Made by a program: the position numbers and the translations under genes. Below are positions 19,266-29,524 of a DNA stretch of 64,000 nucleotides, one piece after another. Under the pieces are notes generated by a model. The model made no database searches. It saw nothing but the letters and a program-made list of their open reading frames with translations, and was not told the DNA's origin. The stretch lies in NCBI GenBank assembly GCA_000146465.1, contig CP001950.1. One strand, written 5' to 3'. Within the stretch, counting starts at the first letter, position 1. Each line of letters starts with the position of its first letter.

Positions 19266-20225
19266 TCATATCCCTCCAAACATACGTCTAGCCTTTGAAT
19301 TAATATTTATCTCGAATATTTGATCCTCTGAGCTGGAGAATATCTTGTCATTCATCTCGGAAAAGACTGCTCCAGTTATCTGTTTATCAGGAAATATCTT
19401 GAGTCTTTGGCATCTTCTGAAGTCTCTCATATCACAAATAGTCAGAAACGAGAAATGCTCTGTGAAAAACAGCAGGTCAAGGGAATTCTTCAGAGAAAAC
19501 TTCACGTTCCGTACTGCTCCCTTATGACTATCCTTCTGCTTACTCTCAAACTTGTGAAGCATGCGGTCACTTCTTATGTCCCATATGCATACATATCCGT
19601 CCTGGGTTCCCACTGCAAATGAAGAGGACACACTGTTCCACGACACACTGAATCCCCCATCCTCGGTACTCTTCAGTTTTTTAACAAGCTTGTAGTTGTC
19701 GTTGTCTATAGAGTACAAAAATACGTCGTTAGAGTCTCCCACAATAACCAAAAACTTGTTGTCCGGGCTGATTCCGCAGCTGTTGACTTGTGCAATATGG
19801 TTTATACAACCGCTGCTCTGAAGATCCATTGTAAATACCTTTAAAGTTCTATCATTGTTGCATATGAAGATTCTGTTGTTGTTTATACATATATTATTGT
19901 TGATCGATGAACTTACAACCTGAGAAAGGACTTCGTTTGTGGAAAGATTCTTAACTTTGAGATGTCCCCTGGATCCTCCTACTGCCAGAATGTCATCTTT
20001 CAAGCAGATGGATGTAGGGAAGAAGTCCGTTCCTTCATACACCATTTTGGTTGCATTTTTATAGGGATCGAAAGACATTACATTGCATGCCTTGGGAAAG
20101 ACCAAGGATTCTCCTTTGATCTTAAGCATATCCTTGAGCTGCCAGTGCTGTGAAGTTACTCCAAAGTCACATATCTTATGCATATCATTCACCAGGTTGG
20201 AAACTTCCCGCGCTTCCTGTGACAT
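19266..20225 (-). CDS. Hypothetical WD40/beta-propeller protein
   Basis: WD-like repeats recur (AVGGSRGHLKVKNL, AVGTQDGYVCIWDIRS, FSSSEDQIFEININ). No specific family assignment. Confidence 0.4.
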   Translation of the reverse strand: MSQEAREVSNLVNDMHKICDFGVTSQHWQLKDMLKIKGESLVFPKACNVMSFDPYKNATKMVYEGTDFFPTSICLKDDILAVGGSRGHLKVKNLSTNEVLSQVVSSSINNNICINNNRIFICNNDRTLKVFTMDLQSSGCINHIAQVNSCGISPDNKFLVIVGDSNDVFLYSIDNDNYKLVKKLKSTEDGGFSVSWNSVSSSFAVGTQDGYVCIWDIRSDRMLHKFESKQKDSHKGAVRNVKFSLKNSLDLLFFTEHFSFLTICDMRDFRRCQRLKIFPDKQITGAVFSEMNDKIFSSSEDQIFEININSKARRMFGGI

Positions 20226-20554
20226 TTGTTTGTTTAGTTTATGGATAAGACTTTCAATGATACTCGTTTTAGCAAAATAACCTTTAGAAGGCTGAGCAAT
20301 TCCTTAAAGTCGATGCAGAGTTGTACTTTCTGATGCAAGACTTTTATACAAACGCCTTATACATGGTTTAAGAACTCCTCCAGTTGAAGGATTTGGATCC
20401 CTTCTAGACTGTCATTGCTCATCATAAATTCTCTTATTATTTCTTTAGCATCTTCCGGATTCATAGAAACTTCTCTAGCAATCTCCAACTTACTGTTATA
20501 ATCCATCAAGGGGATTGGATTCGCTTCTTATGAAGTGGGAAATGGAGATCCCCA

Positions 20555-23155
20555 ATGGATTCAAACTGGAACACAAAGGACCTTTACCTACTGGCTTTGG
20601 AAGTTTCTCATCTTCACAAAATTGGCTATGGAGAGATAATGTCCATGAGACTCAGAAATGGAATTCAAATATCCTGTACTCTAGATAACGGAGAAGAGAT
20701 CGGGTTTGGGCATTTGTGGAGGTACGAAGGAGAAGAGGCAGAGACCAGATTCAAACTATGTTTGGTAGAAACACAGCTGAAAAATTCGACTGAGGGCGCT
20801 GTGGATCATTTACTGATGATTCTTCCCAACACCTCGAAAGCGAACCAGCTTACAATATTCATGATCTTCTATAAGCTTACCACAAAATATAAAGTATATG
20901 ATAAAAGAATCCTTCGCGAGTGTAAAGCACATTTGCATGCCATTCACTTAAGGTATCCCATTCTAAAGACATTGGTAGCATATACTCTCTTTAAAGAAGA
21001 TCTTGTTTCTGAGGAATTTACTGATGAAGAAATCATAGAAATGAATCTGGTAGATCCTAGAAACTTGAATCCAGAAAATCCAGACGCAGTAAGACTTGTG
21101 AAAAGATTGTTTTCTACTATCACCAAGACCTCCTTTAGATACTCAAGAAGAATATTTAAGCATATGGACGAGAAGTTCTTTTTTCATTTTCCCTTAGAGC
21201 TTAATGGAGTAGGATACTCACATCTTCGGGAACTGATTGGAGAGCTCTCGCCTAGAAAGGCTTTGTCTATTGGAGAAATAATTTGCAGCAGATCAGCAGT
21301 TCGGCTGTTCTTTCCCTTGAAGATAGACGACGTGGAGAGATTTTTCATTCACAAAGATGTAGAGGTTAGAATAGAATCGGTTAGACATATAGATACCGTA
21401 GGATTGATGAAGAGATTTCTTGAAGTTAACCAATTTATCTATAATCGAAATATGGTGAAGTTGTTGTCTAGGTATTTTCGTATATGGCTTGGAAAGAGAG
21501 TTAACGAAGAGCATGAGTTTAAGGTGATGTATACTGAGATTGTATCACCGATGCTTCGAAGCAGAAACACATATAGAAGACTTCTGGGGGTTCACTTGAT
21601 GGACTCACTTATAGATATAGGAGTTGTAGAACCATCAGGGCATTCCTGGTTATTATTTGATCCGGACTATGAGATAAGAAGTATCGTATGCAAATACAGT
21701 GGGTGGATTCCCTTAAACATAGAAGAGGCCAGAATAAGAATAGAAAGTTATCAATCCTATGATGTGAATGGATGTGTAGAATACATCAAGAGTTGCAGGC
21801 CAGAATGGCTTATTAGCGATCTGAAGGATATTTTGGATACCTATGCAAAGGACTTTATGAGTGGAAAAAAAGGCATAGAAGAGGTTCCAATATATGGATT
21901 TCTCAGACTGTTTTCAGAGGTAAAGAGTTACAACATAAAGATCTATGTAGACAGGGTTTACGAATACTGTTTTGGAAAACTCTCCAATGTTATTCATGAA
22001 CAAGATGACGATGGCCTAGTGGTCTATTGGAAAAATATGAAAGAATGTTGTAACTATTACTGCTCATTAGCACTAGAAGGGGACAAGAGTTCGGCAGCCA
22101 AACTTGTAAGAACTCTTCTCTATATCAATCATCTAGGTGTTGTATTACAGGTGTCTCAATACCTAAATAAGGTGCTTAGAAGTGTGGTTTTTCCCCAGGA
22201 CGAACTACTAGAGATAGTAGATCTATCGTTCAAAAGAATTCAAAATTGCAAGATCTTTTTCAGAAAAAGCGGAGGAATACCTTTGTTACTTGTACAGATT
22301 CTTAGGAACTATCCATCCATCATTAATTATGTTTTAGAAAGATTACTCGAAATGATTGACAAAGATGAAAACAATATCAAAGTTCATTGTTTGAACATTC
22401 TTAGCAGGATTATCGGGGATGGAAGTCTCAGCCCAAAAATACCTCTTCAGACGATCGAATTGTTCAAAATTTCCTTCAGATGTAGTAGATCCAGCCTTTG
22501 GGCCGTAAGAAATATAGGAATAGAAATATTTTCTCATTTAGTTCGGAAGGTGTTTGAAAGAGGACCTGAATTTATTGTTTCCATAGCCCACAAAGAATTT
22601 CGAAATCTGTTATATGAGGAGCTTAGTTCCTGTAGCCACAATAAGGATGACATTCTAGTGTTTCTTATACTCCATTTATATGGAAGAGTAAAGAAGCTAG
22701 ACGAGAGAGAAATGGAGTTGGTTAGAAGATTTTCGAGTAGAAGTGACCTGATAGGATTAGAGTCTAAGAGTATTTGCGAAGGAAAGGAATGCAGGAGACC
22801 TCAGTATCGGGAGACGAGAATAAAATTTGATGACAAAATGAACGAAGGAGAAATACTTCTAAGATTGCTAATCCTCTTGGACTCGGAGCAACCTGAGGAA
22901 AGAAGAATGGCCGAGTCTTATATGAAAGATGTTTACAAATTATCTCTGTATTCCGAAGAGTATTTCAGACATTACATAGCAAAAAGGATATGCAGAATTG
23001 GATACAAAGATGTTGCAGTTAAGAAGCTTCAGGAATATGGGCTAGGTGTTGAAAAATCTCAGAGCTGTTTCTTTAAAGATTCTCCATCCAATGAACGCTT
23101 TGATCTGGAATATAACATATCTCTCATAGAGAAGTATAAAAGTCAAAAATGGTAA
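20555..23155 (+). CDS. Hypothetical large protein of 866 aa, probably alpha-helical repeat
   Basis: Long ATG ORF with a CCCC block upstream of the start. No family motif recognised. Confidence 0.45.
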   Translation: MDSNWNTKDLYLLALEVSHLHKIGYGEIMSMRLRNGIQISCTLDNGEEIGFGHLWRYEGEEAETRFKLCLVETQLKNSTEGAVDHLLMILPNTSKANQLTIFMIFYKLTTKYKVYDKRILRECKAHLHAIHLRYPILKTLVAYTLFKEDLVSEEFTDEEIIEMNLVDPRNLNPENPDAVRLVKRLFSTITKTSFRYSRRIFKHMDEKFFFHFPLELNGVGYSHLRELIGELSPRKALSIGEIICSRSAVRLFFPLKIDDVERFFIHKDVEVRIESVRHIDTVGLMKRFLEVNQFIYNRNMVKLLSRYFRIWLGKRVNEEHEFKVMYTEIVSPMLRSRNTYRRLLGVHLMDSLIDIGVVEPSGHSWLLFDPDYEIRSIVCKYSGWIPLNIEEARIRIESYQSYDVNGCVEYIKSCRPEWLISDLKDILDTYAKDFMSGKKGIEEVPIYGFLRLFSEVKSYNIKIYVDRVYEYCFGKLSNVIHEQDDDGLVVYWKNMKECCNYYCSLALEGDKSSAAKLVRTLLYINHLGVVLQVSQYLNKVLRSVVFPQDELLEIVDLSFKRIQNCKIFFRKSGGIPLLLVQILRNYPSIINYVLERLLEMIDKDENNIKVHCLNILSRIIGDGSLSPKIPLQTIELFKISFRCSRSSLWAVRNIGIEIFSHLVRKVFERGPEFIVSIAHKEFRNLLYEELSSCSHNKDDILVFLILHLYGRVKKLDEREMELVRRFSSRSDLIGLESKSICEGKECRRPQYRETRIKFDDKMNEGEILLRLLILLDSEQPEERRMAESYMKDVYKLSLYSEEYFRHYIAKRICRIGYKDVAVKKLQEYGLGVEKSQSCFFKDSPSNERFDLEYNISLIEKYKSQKW

Positions 23156-23210
23156 ATAATTTCCAAGAATTTTTTAATTGGATCAGATATTATAGAATAT
23201 TAACTTTAAA

Positions 23211-24554
23211 TTAGGGCTGGCACCTTGAAACTTTTCTTGGATAGAGTGTGGCTTCGTCAACATTCTCATACCTCATAAGACCCATCAAGAACCTTTCAAA
23301 CCCAAGACCGTAGCCTCCATGTTTACATGGGCCAAACCTTGCCATGTCAAGGTACCAATAGTATGGATCAATGTTAATGTCCTCTCTCTTAAATCCCTCG
23401 ATTAGATCTTCATAAATGTCTTGCCTCATAGAGCCCCCGAGAATTTCCCCAATTCCTGGGAACAAGAGATCAACACTTTCTGTCCAATCCTTGTTTCCTT
23501 TGTCCTTTCTCATATAGAAAGGCTTCTGTTCCACAAGGAAATTTGTTAGAAACACAGGACACCCATCTCCTATGGCCTCAACAATATACCTCTCTGCTGC
23601 ATCGGGAATATCATCTCCAATTTCAAAGTCCGTTCCATCTTCTTTTTTATAGCCTTTACTATTTAGAAAGTCTATAGCCTCAGAATACTTGATCTTCTTA
23701 AACGGAGTTTTTGGAATCTTGTGAAATTCGAATTTTGGATATAAACTCAAAATATCGTCTTTCATTCCTTCATAGAACTTCTCCATCGAATACGAAATAA
23801 GAGACTCGATGGATGACATAAGTTCACTGAAATCGATATCTGCAAGTTCTGCCTCGACATGAGTATACTCACTTAAATGCCTTCTTGTTCTGCTCTTCTC
23901 TGCTCGGTAAGACGGCATGATACAATATGCACGGTGTGAAACCGGCACTACAGTTTCAAGATAAAGTTGCGAAGATTGAGTCAGGTAAGCATCTTCACCA
24001 TAGTAGTCCAGCTTAAAAAGAGTGCTTCCTCCTTCTACTTGTGTTTGGACCATTGTGGGAGGTGTAATCTCCGTATACTCCTTGGCAAAATAGAAATCCC
24101 GTATGATCTTCAGAAGATATCCTCGAGCCTTAAGGAACAGTTGGCGCTTCTTTGTTCGGAGGGCCAGGTGGGCGTTTGTGAGTATAGCGTTTACCGAAGA
24201 TTCCTCATTCAGTGGGAAAGATGGTGCTATAGCATCGTTGTATATTTCAACCTTCTCAACCTGTATTTCAAACTCGTAAGCATCCTTTTTCCCAAAGTTC
24301 TCCGCCACAGTACCATAAATAGTCATGGAAGTGCACATGGTCAAATGCATCTTTTTCGGGTAAACACACTTTACTGTCTTATAGTGGGCATACAAATCAA
24401 TGAACGTTATTGAGGATTGTGATCTTACATTTGTAACCCATCCAAAGGTTCGGATCTTCTGCCCAATATTTTCCTTTGTCAGCTTGGATAGCTCAATTCT
24501 TTTGTATTCAGAAAAATCCAATTTGGAAATTTCTTCTTCGATTTTTCCAGACAT
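23211..24554 (-). CDS. Asparaginyl-tRNA synthetase, class IIb
   Basis: An N-terminal OB-fold anticodon-binding region is present. Motif 2 is YRAEKSRTRRHLSEYTHVEAE, resembling the AsnRS FRAENSNTxRHLxEF. Motif 3 is GGYGLGFERFLMGL...LYPR, resembling the AsnRS GGxGLGFERLV...PFPR. Confidence 0.65.
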   Translation of the reverse strand: MSGKIEEEISKLDFSEYKRIELSKLTKENIGQKIRTFGWVTNVRSQSSITFIDLYAHYKTVKCVYPKKMHLTMCTSMTIYGTVAENFGKKDAYEFEIQVEKVEIYNDAIAPSFPLNEESSVNAILTNAHLALRTKKRQLFLKARGYLLKIIRDFYFAKEYTEITPPTMVQTQVEGGSTLFKLDYYGEDAYLTQSSQLYLETVVPVSHRAYCIMPSYRAEKSRTRRHLSEYTHVEAELADIDFSELMSSIESLISYSMEKFYEGMKDDILSLYPKFEFHKIPKTPFKKIKYSEAIDFLNSKGYKKEDGTDFEIGDDIPDAAERYIVEAIGDGCPVFLTNFLVEQKPFYMRKDKGNKDWTESVDLLFPGIGEILGGSMRQDIYEDLIEGFKREDINIDPYYWYLDMARFGPCKHGGYGLGFERFLMGLMRYENVDEATLYPRKVSRCQP

Positions 24555-24697
24555 TAGTAGGGGCTCTTTAATTTTTTAAAAAGACTATGGGCAATGGAAA
24601 TAGATCAAATAATACCAAAGGACATTGATTAACTTCAAAATGGCAACATACAAGATAAAAAATTTAAGGTCTAAAGTTCTTGAAACCTTCCCCATAG

Positions 24698-26008
24698 ATG
24701 CAGAAGAGGAATGTTTATGCAGTTCCGGATCTCCCGGTAAAGGAAATAATGCAATACTTCAACGAGATGGAAATAAACATAAAGGCAAGCGACATTCTTA
24801 AGCCAACGCCTCAGTCAACTCAAAGGATCTATGAGATATTACTAGAGGTATATTGTGGAATCAAGACATCCGACCTAGTATCCAGAACAGAGAGCACAGA
24901 AGGGTTTGAAGAATCCTTGTCATACCTTCTTCTCCAGAAGCGAATGGAAGGCTTTCTCAGGAAAATAGGCATGGACAACTTTGGGCTTCGAGACCTTTCT
25001 CCAGATTCAAAAAGGCTTATTGGAATTCTGAGTGTTATTGTAAACTTCTCGATGTTTAGAGATAACAAAAGACATGTTTACGAGAGAGTATGCCAAGCTA
25101 ACGACGAGAAGCTACTTTTGAAGAACGAGATAGATGAAAGAGTTTATAATGCCCGAAAAGAGCTTGAGAAGTGCGAGAAAGATGCAAAAAAGAGTGTTGA
25201 GGACGCAAAGGAAGTTGAAAAAGAGATTTCTCTACTGGAATCTGAGCTTAAAGACTTCTACAAGCATCAAAGAGCCCTAGTACAGGAAACAGAAAGAATT
25301 AAAGCAGAGAGGAATGAGTATAGTGACAAGCTGAGTTCTTTAAGGCTAATGCTGCTTAACTTCAGTCAGGAAATAACCTGTTTGAAGACACAGGTTGTAA
25401 GTGATCCCACAAAGCTCATGGAGCTTCTTGAAGAGATGAGGAGCCTAATTTCCAAGGAGAACGAGATAATAAGGGGACTGGAGACAAAGAGAATAGGTCT
25501 CAAGGAGAAAACCGAATTTATGGAATTGATGAAGGAAGACACAATGAAGGCCATTACACTGGCGATTTCCAACAGAGAGGCTGGGAAGACTGTTGATAGA
25601 ATAAACAGGGAGATATCTGAGCTAGAGGTTCAGATAAAAAACCTTGACTCTGGCATTAATGCCTTAAAGATCCGCCTGAATCACGTGAATAGGCAGATTT
25701 CCCACATCGAATCAAAAATATTTAACCTTCAGGATAACGACAAAAGATGCTCTGAAGAAATATCTGCAAAGCTTGAAAAGCTTAAAAACAACTACGGAGT
25801 TGTTTCGGGGGAAAGAAACACCATAAGAAAGAAGATCGAGGAGAATGTAAGGCAGACTAAGAACATAGAATATGAATTAGTAAAGAAGAGAAACGAACAT
25901 ATTAACGACATAACCGCCATACAATCAGCATTATGCAGGCTCAAGGACGACATCTTCAACTACTTTGCCGAGGCCAAAGGAGTGATTGATAAGACCATGT
26001 CCAGCTGA
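24698..26008 (+). CDS. NUF2: Kinetochore protein Nuf2 of the Ndc80 complex
   Basis: The N-terminal calponin-homology region, IMQYFNEMEINIKASDILKPTPQSTQRIYEILLEVY, matches the Nuf2 block (...KPTPESVQRIYELFLE). A long coiled coil follows. Confidence 0.55.
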   Translation: MQKRNVYAVPDLPVKEIMQYFNEMEINIKASDILKPTPQSTQRIYEILLEVYCGIKTSDLVSRTESTEGFEESLSYLLLQKRMEGFLRKIGMDNFGLRDLSPDSKRLIGILSVIVNFSMFRDNKRHVYERVCQANDEKLLLKNEIDERVYNARKELEKCEKDAKKSVEDAKEVEKEISLLESELKDFYKHQRALVQETERIKAERNEYSDKLSSLRLMLLNFSQEITCLKTQVVSDPTKLMELLEEMRSLISKENEIIRGLETKRIGLKEKTEFMELMKEDTMKAITLAISNREAGKTVDRINREISELEVQIKNLDSGINALKIRLNHVNRQISHIESKIFNLQDNDKRCSEEISAKLEKLKNNYGVVSGERNTIRKKIEENVRQTKNIEYELVKKRNEHINDITAIQSALCRLKDDIFNYFAEAKGVIDKTMSS

Positions 26009-26051
26009 GAGTTTTAGAAGTTTTATCTGAGGAGAATTTTAATCCCTCAAG

Positions 26052-26306
26052 ATGGTTCCGGAATCTGTCAATAACCTTTACAAAGATCTTGAGTCTGTGA
26101 TTCTTCAGTTCAAATCTCCAGCATTTGGAAACTATTTCCTCAAGAAAGCTAAGGAAGAGTTTGATAACATCAGCATCCAAACCTCAAAGCAGAAAGATGA
26201 AGGGGCGATTGAGAGATATTTGAAAGATCAAGGAGAACTCCTGGATGTTCTTCGAAGACAAACAACCATTTACAACATGTTCTATGACGAGTCAAGTGGA
26301 ATATGA
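26052..26306 (+). CDS. LYR-motif protein, possibly the Isd11/LYRM4-like Fe-S cluster assembly factor
   Basis: NLYKDLESVILQF...GNYFLKKAKEEF...LLDVLRRQTTIYNMFY follows the LYR-family pattern LYK..L....NY........F....RQ..I...Y. Confidence 0.4.
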   Translation: MVPESVNNLYKDLESVILQFKSPAFGNYFLKKAKEEFDNISIQTSKQKDEGAIERYLKDQGELLDVLRRQTTIYNMFYDESSGI

Positions 26307-26512
26307 CAGTTTGGGCGACTTGATTGTTGTTGAATACATGCTATAGGTTTGAAATCCCGTCAAAGTCCTAGGAATATCCATTGATATACCCGAGGGGAAA
26401 ATGAAGAGAATTGAAGGAAGGCCATTTCCGAGACTCTGTAGCTTCTTAGCAATAAAGATCTTATCAAGCGATTTTTTGAGAAGGATATTTATAGAGGGAA
26501 TTTCTATAGCCC

Positions 26513-28240
26513 ATGGTTCTTGGTAGAATAAAGAAGATGTTCTCAAATACTAAGAAGAATTTATTTGGAGATTTGCATTGCGGAAGAACTATTCTTATGA
26601 ATGGATGCGAAGCATTAGCGTCCCAGGAAGATCTTTTATTCTCATCAAAAAAAAGCAAGATGTCATTCAAGCTGTGTGAGATTGTGTCAATTGAACACGA
26701 TAATAAGACCCTTAGCTTCATTCATAACCAGAAAAAGTATCTCTTTACGAGCGGGGAATCTCTAGATCTTTTCTGTAAGGCTATAGTACCCTTTATAAAG
26801 AAGACCAAGATCCTATACAAAAAAAGTGCGGTGTACTCAAGATACAATACAACTACGGGGAGATTTGAAGAAGCTTCGGGAAACGTAGATGTATTTATTG
26901 TTGAAGATGGGATGTTTTTGATCAGGATAGAAACAAGAGACGACATTATACATTTTGAAGAGATAAGAACGGAGACACAATACTATATGGATCAGAAAAA
27001 CATAACGTTTGTATGGTCTGTGATGGAAGGGGGAGTTTTCCACACGTTTTCGTTGAAGTTTTTGGACAATCTTGATTTTCTTGAGTTTCTCGGCAAGTAC
27101 ATTGGATGTCTCTATAAGAATGTTAATCACGAAAACAAGGAGGACAAGGAAGCGGAGCAGTATTTTGAAAAAATGGAGATGGAGAACTATCACCCTGATG
27201 AATCCTCGGAGTCGGAAGAGGAAGAGGAGTATGAAAGTTGTGATGATGATGAGCTTGAAAACCATTTTGGAGAAGCAGACGAAAAGAATAAGCATCTTGT
27301 CGTGGGAGATGAAATGGCTTTTATAACAAGAGGAAAGTCAATAGGGGTGTTTGAAAACACAGATGACGGACTTGAGTTTAGGGCAAATATCAAGAACGTT
27401 CTGAATGAAGATGTAAAAAAGATAATCACACATGATAATTGTGCTTCGCTCATATACTTAGACAAGAGTGAAAGAGACAAGCTCCATAAGCTGGATGTAG
27501 AAAGAGGAGAGGTTATTGAGACTTGGGATGTGCAAAGGGACGTTAATGATTACTTTGATGCGCAGAAGCTAATTGATACTGGTTCGCTTGTTGGGCTCTC
27601 GGATTATTCGGTGTTCAGGATTGATCCAAGAACAAAGAATAAGGTTGTTGAGTCGAAGGACTACAAGACAAGAAATAATTTCAACTGTGGGATGGCTACA
27701 AGCCTGGGGCATGTTGTTGCAGCAGGTAAGGGAGGAGACTTGAGACTTTACGATAAGATTGACAAACGGGCAAAGTCTCTTCTTCCAGGATTTGGGGATG
27801 AAATTAAGTATATAGACGTTACAAGCAATGGAAAACATATTATTTGCACATGCAAGAACTACTTGATGCTCACAACTGTTCCCGGAGACTATAAGCAACC
27901 TATTGGGAAGGATAAGCCTGTTCCAAAAAGACTTCAGCTAAAGCCAGAGCATTTGGCATACATTAATGAAGAGATAGACTTTACTCCTGCAAAGTTCAGC
28001 ACAGACACTTCGGAAAGCAGCATAATAACAAGTACAGGAAGTTATGTTGTTAAGTGGAACTTGGATGATGTGCTTAATGGAAAGCTGTACTCGTACCAGC
28101 TAGCCAAATGCAATGATTTGGTTGTTGCCGACAACTTCGAATTTGGGGAAAACAACAGTGTAATTGTGACAATGCCAGACGACATAAGAAAAGTCAACGT
28201 CCGAAACCTCAAGAGACCTGGGCGAAAGATATGGGGATGA
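26513..28240 (+). CDS. VID27: VID27-like protein (vacuolar import and degradation 27 family)
   Basis: A central acidic stretch (ESSESEEEEEYESCDDDELE) is present. The C-terminal block GGDLRLYDKIDKRAKSLLPGFGDEIKYIDVTSNGKHIICTCKNYLMLTTV resembles the VID27 C-domain (...IRLYDRLG..AKTALPALGDPI.GIDVSADGRWVLATCKTYLLL). Confidence 0.5.
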   Translation: MVLGRIKKMFSNTKKNLFGDLHCGRTILMNGCEALASQEDLLFSSKKSKMSFKLCEIVSIEHDNKTLSFIHNQKKYLFTSGESLDLFCKAIVPFIKKTKILYKKSAVYSRYNTTTGRFEEASGNVDVFIVEDGMFLIRIETRDDIIHFEEIRTETQYYMDQKNITFVWSVMEGGVFHTFSLKFLDNLDFLEFLGKYIGCLYKNVNHENKEDKEAEQYFEKMEMENYHPDESSESEEEEEYESCDDDELENHFGEADEKNKHLVVGDEMAFITRGKSIGVFENTDDGLEFRANIKNVLNEDVKKIITHDNCASLIYLDKSERDKLHKLDVERGEVIETWDVQRDVNDYFDAQKLIDTGSLVGLSDYSVFRIDPRTKNKVVESKDYKTRNNFNCGMATSLGHVVAAGKGGDLRLYDKIDKRAKSLLPGFGDEIKYIDVTSNGKHIICTCKNYLMLTTVPGDYKQPIGKDKPVPKRLQLKPEHLAYINEEIDFTPAKFSTDTSESSIITSTGSYVVKWNLDDVLNGKLYSYQLAKCNDLVVADNFEFGENNSVIVTMPDDIRKVNVRNLKRPGRKIWG

Positions 28241-28300
28241 TTGTGTATTTATGCTATTAAATAAATGTGTTTTTGAACATTTCTATTTCAAAAGAATGAT

Positions 28301-29479
28301 ATGCAGCCCCGAGCTATGGACTTTAATCCTGTTCGATTTGAATACAATAAGAATTACACAAAGAGTATAGCAAGCATATTTAGTAGGGTTGAAATAATTT
28401 CTACAGATACAGACAGCTCTAGCCGAAAGTTTGTTTTTCCTTCCATTGGAAGCATTAAGTATTGCAAAGCCAGAATAGTAGAGACAGAAAGACTCGAGAC
28501 CTCCTGGAGAGAGGTTTATCGTATAAAATTCGATAAGAAGTTTGATTTTAAGCCTGGAGATTCCATTGGAATATTGTGTCCAAACAATGATGCTTTGGTC
28601 GACGAAATAATGAAGATTCTCTGTCTCAAAGATTTTAGCTGCCAAATGAGTAGAACGGGCAAGAACTCCTTCAATTACACTGGAAGAATTAGAGACTTCT
28701 TTAAGTACTACTTCGACTTCGGGGGTCTTCCAAGAAAATCCTTATTAATCAATCTAGCTAGAAGTTGCACGGAAGAAAATCAAAAATATATTGAATATCT
28801 CTGTTCAAGAGAAGGTATTGCAGACTATCTTGGAATAGGGAAAAGATGGAATAACATTCTTGATATTATAAGGACCTTTAAATGCAAGCCCACCCTGGAG
28901 GAAATTATAGGAGAATGTGAGATTGTAAAGCCTAGGTACTTTTCTCTTATAAATGAAATTGGGAAGGAATCCGAAATTCTTATTGGAATAACAAACAAGA
29001 TCTTTAATGAGTTTGTAAGATATGGTCATGTCTCAGACTTTATAATTCAATCGGAGGCCGAAGAGATTGAAGCATGTTTAAGAACAAATCTTCTCTTCAG
29101 AATGGATTACAATAGAAGGCGGATCCTGGCAATATGCACAGGGACAGGAATAGCTCCTTTTCTATCTTTTGTGGCAAATCTTCAATCACACCAAAGTATT
29201 TGGATCATATATGGGTTTAGGAACGATGAAGATGATATTTCTAAATTGATGAAGTCTGGGGAAAAGATAAAAATATCCAGAGTTAAGTCTAGCGACGGAC
29301 ACTATGTCACCGATTACTTAGTGGAGAAGATTGATGAGATAAAGGAATATATTGATGAGGAATGTGCAGTCTATGCATGCGGGAAGATGGAAATGCAGAG
29401 GAAAGTGTTTGAAATATTCAAAAATGAGCATCCCGAGATTGTAGAGTCCAAGCGATTGATCTTCGACCAATGGGGCTAA
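28301..29479 (+). CDS. FAD/NAD(P)H-binding reductase of the CPR/NDOR1/Tah18 type, C-terminal half only; no FMN/flavodoxin domain
   Basis: The FAD-binding motif R-x-Y-S is present (KPRYFSLINE). The NADPH site is CTGTGIAPF. The C-terminus reads YACGKM...DQWG. The N-terminus aligns to the start of a FAD_binding_1 domain (FKPGDSIGILCPNN). Confidence 0.55.
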   Translation: MQPRAMDFNPVRFEYNKNYTKSIASIFSRVEIISTDTDSSSRKFVFPSIGSIKYCKARIVETERLETSWREVYRIKFDKKFDFKPGDSIGILCPNNDALVDEIMKILCLKDFSCQMSRTGKNSFNYTGRIRDFFKYYFDFGGLPRKSLLINLARSCTEENQKYIEYLCSREGIADYLGIGKRWNNILDIIRTFKCKPTLEEIIGECEIVKPRYFSLINEIGKESEILIGITNKIFNEFVRYGHVSDFIIQSEAEEIEACLRTNLLFRMDYNRRRILAICTGTGIAPFLSFVANLQSHQSIWIIYGFRNDEDDISKLMKSGEKIKISRVKSSDGHYVTDYLVEKIDEIKEYIDEECAVYACGKMEMQRKVFEIFKNEHPEIVESKRLIFDQWG

Positions 29480-29524
29480 GGCTTTGTGCTTATTATCTGG
29501 CGCTTGAAAGTTCGATTATGGAGT

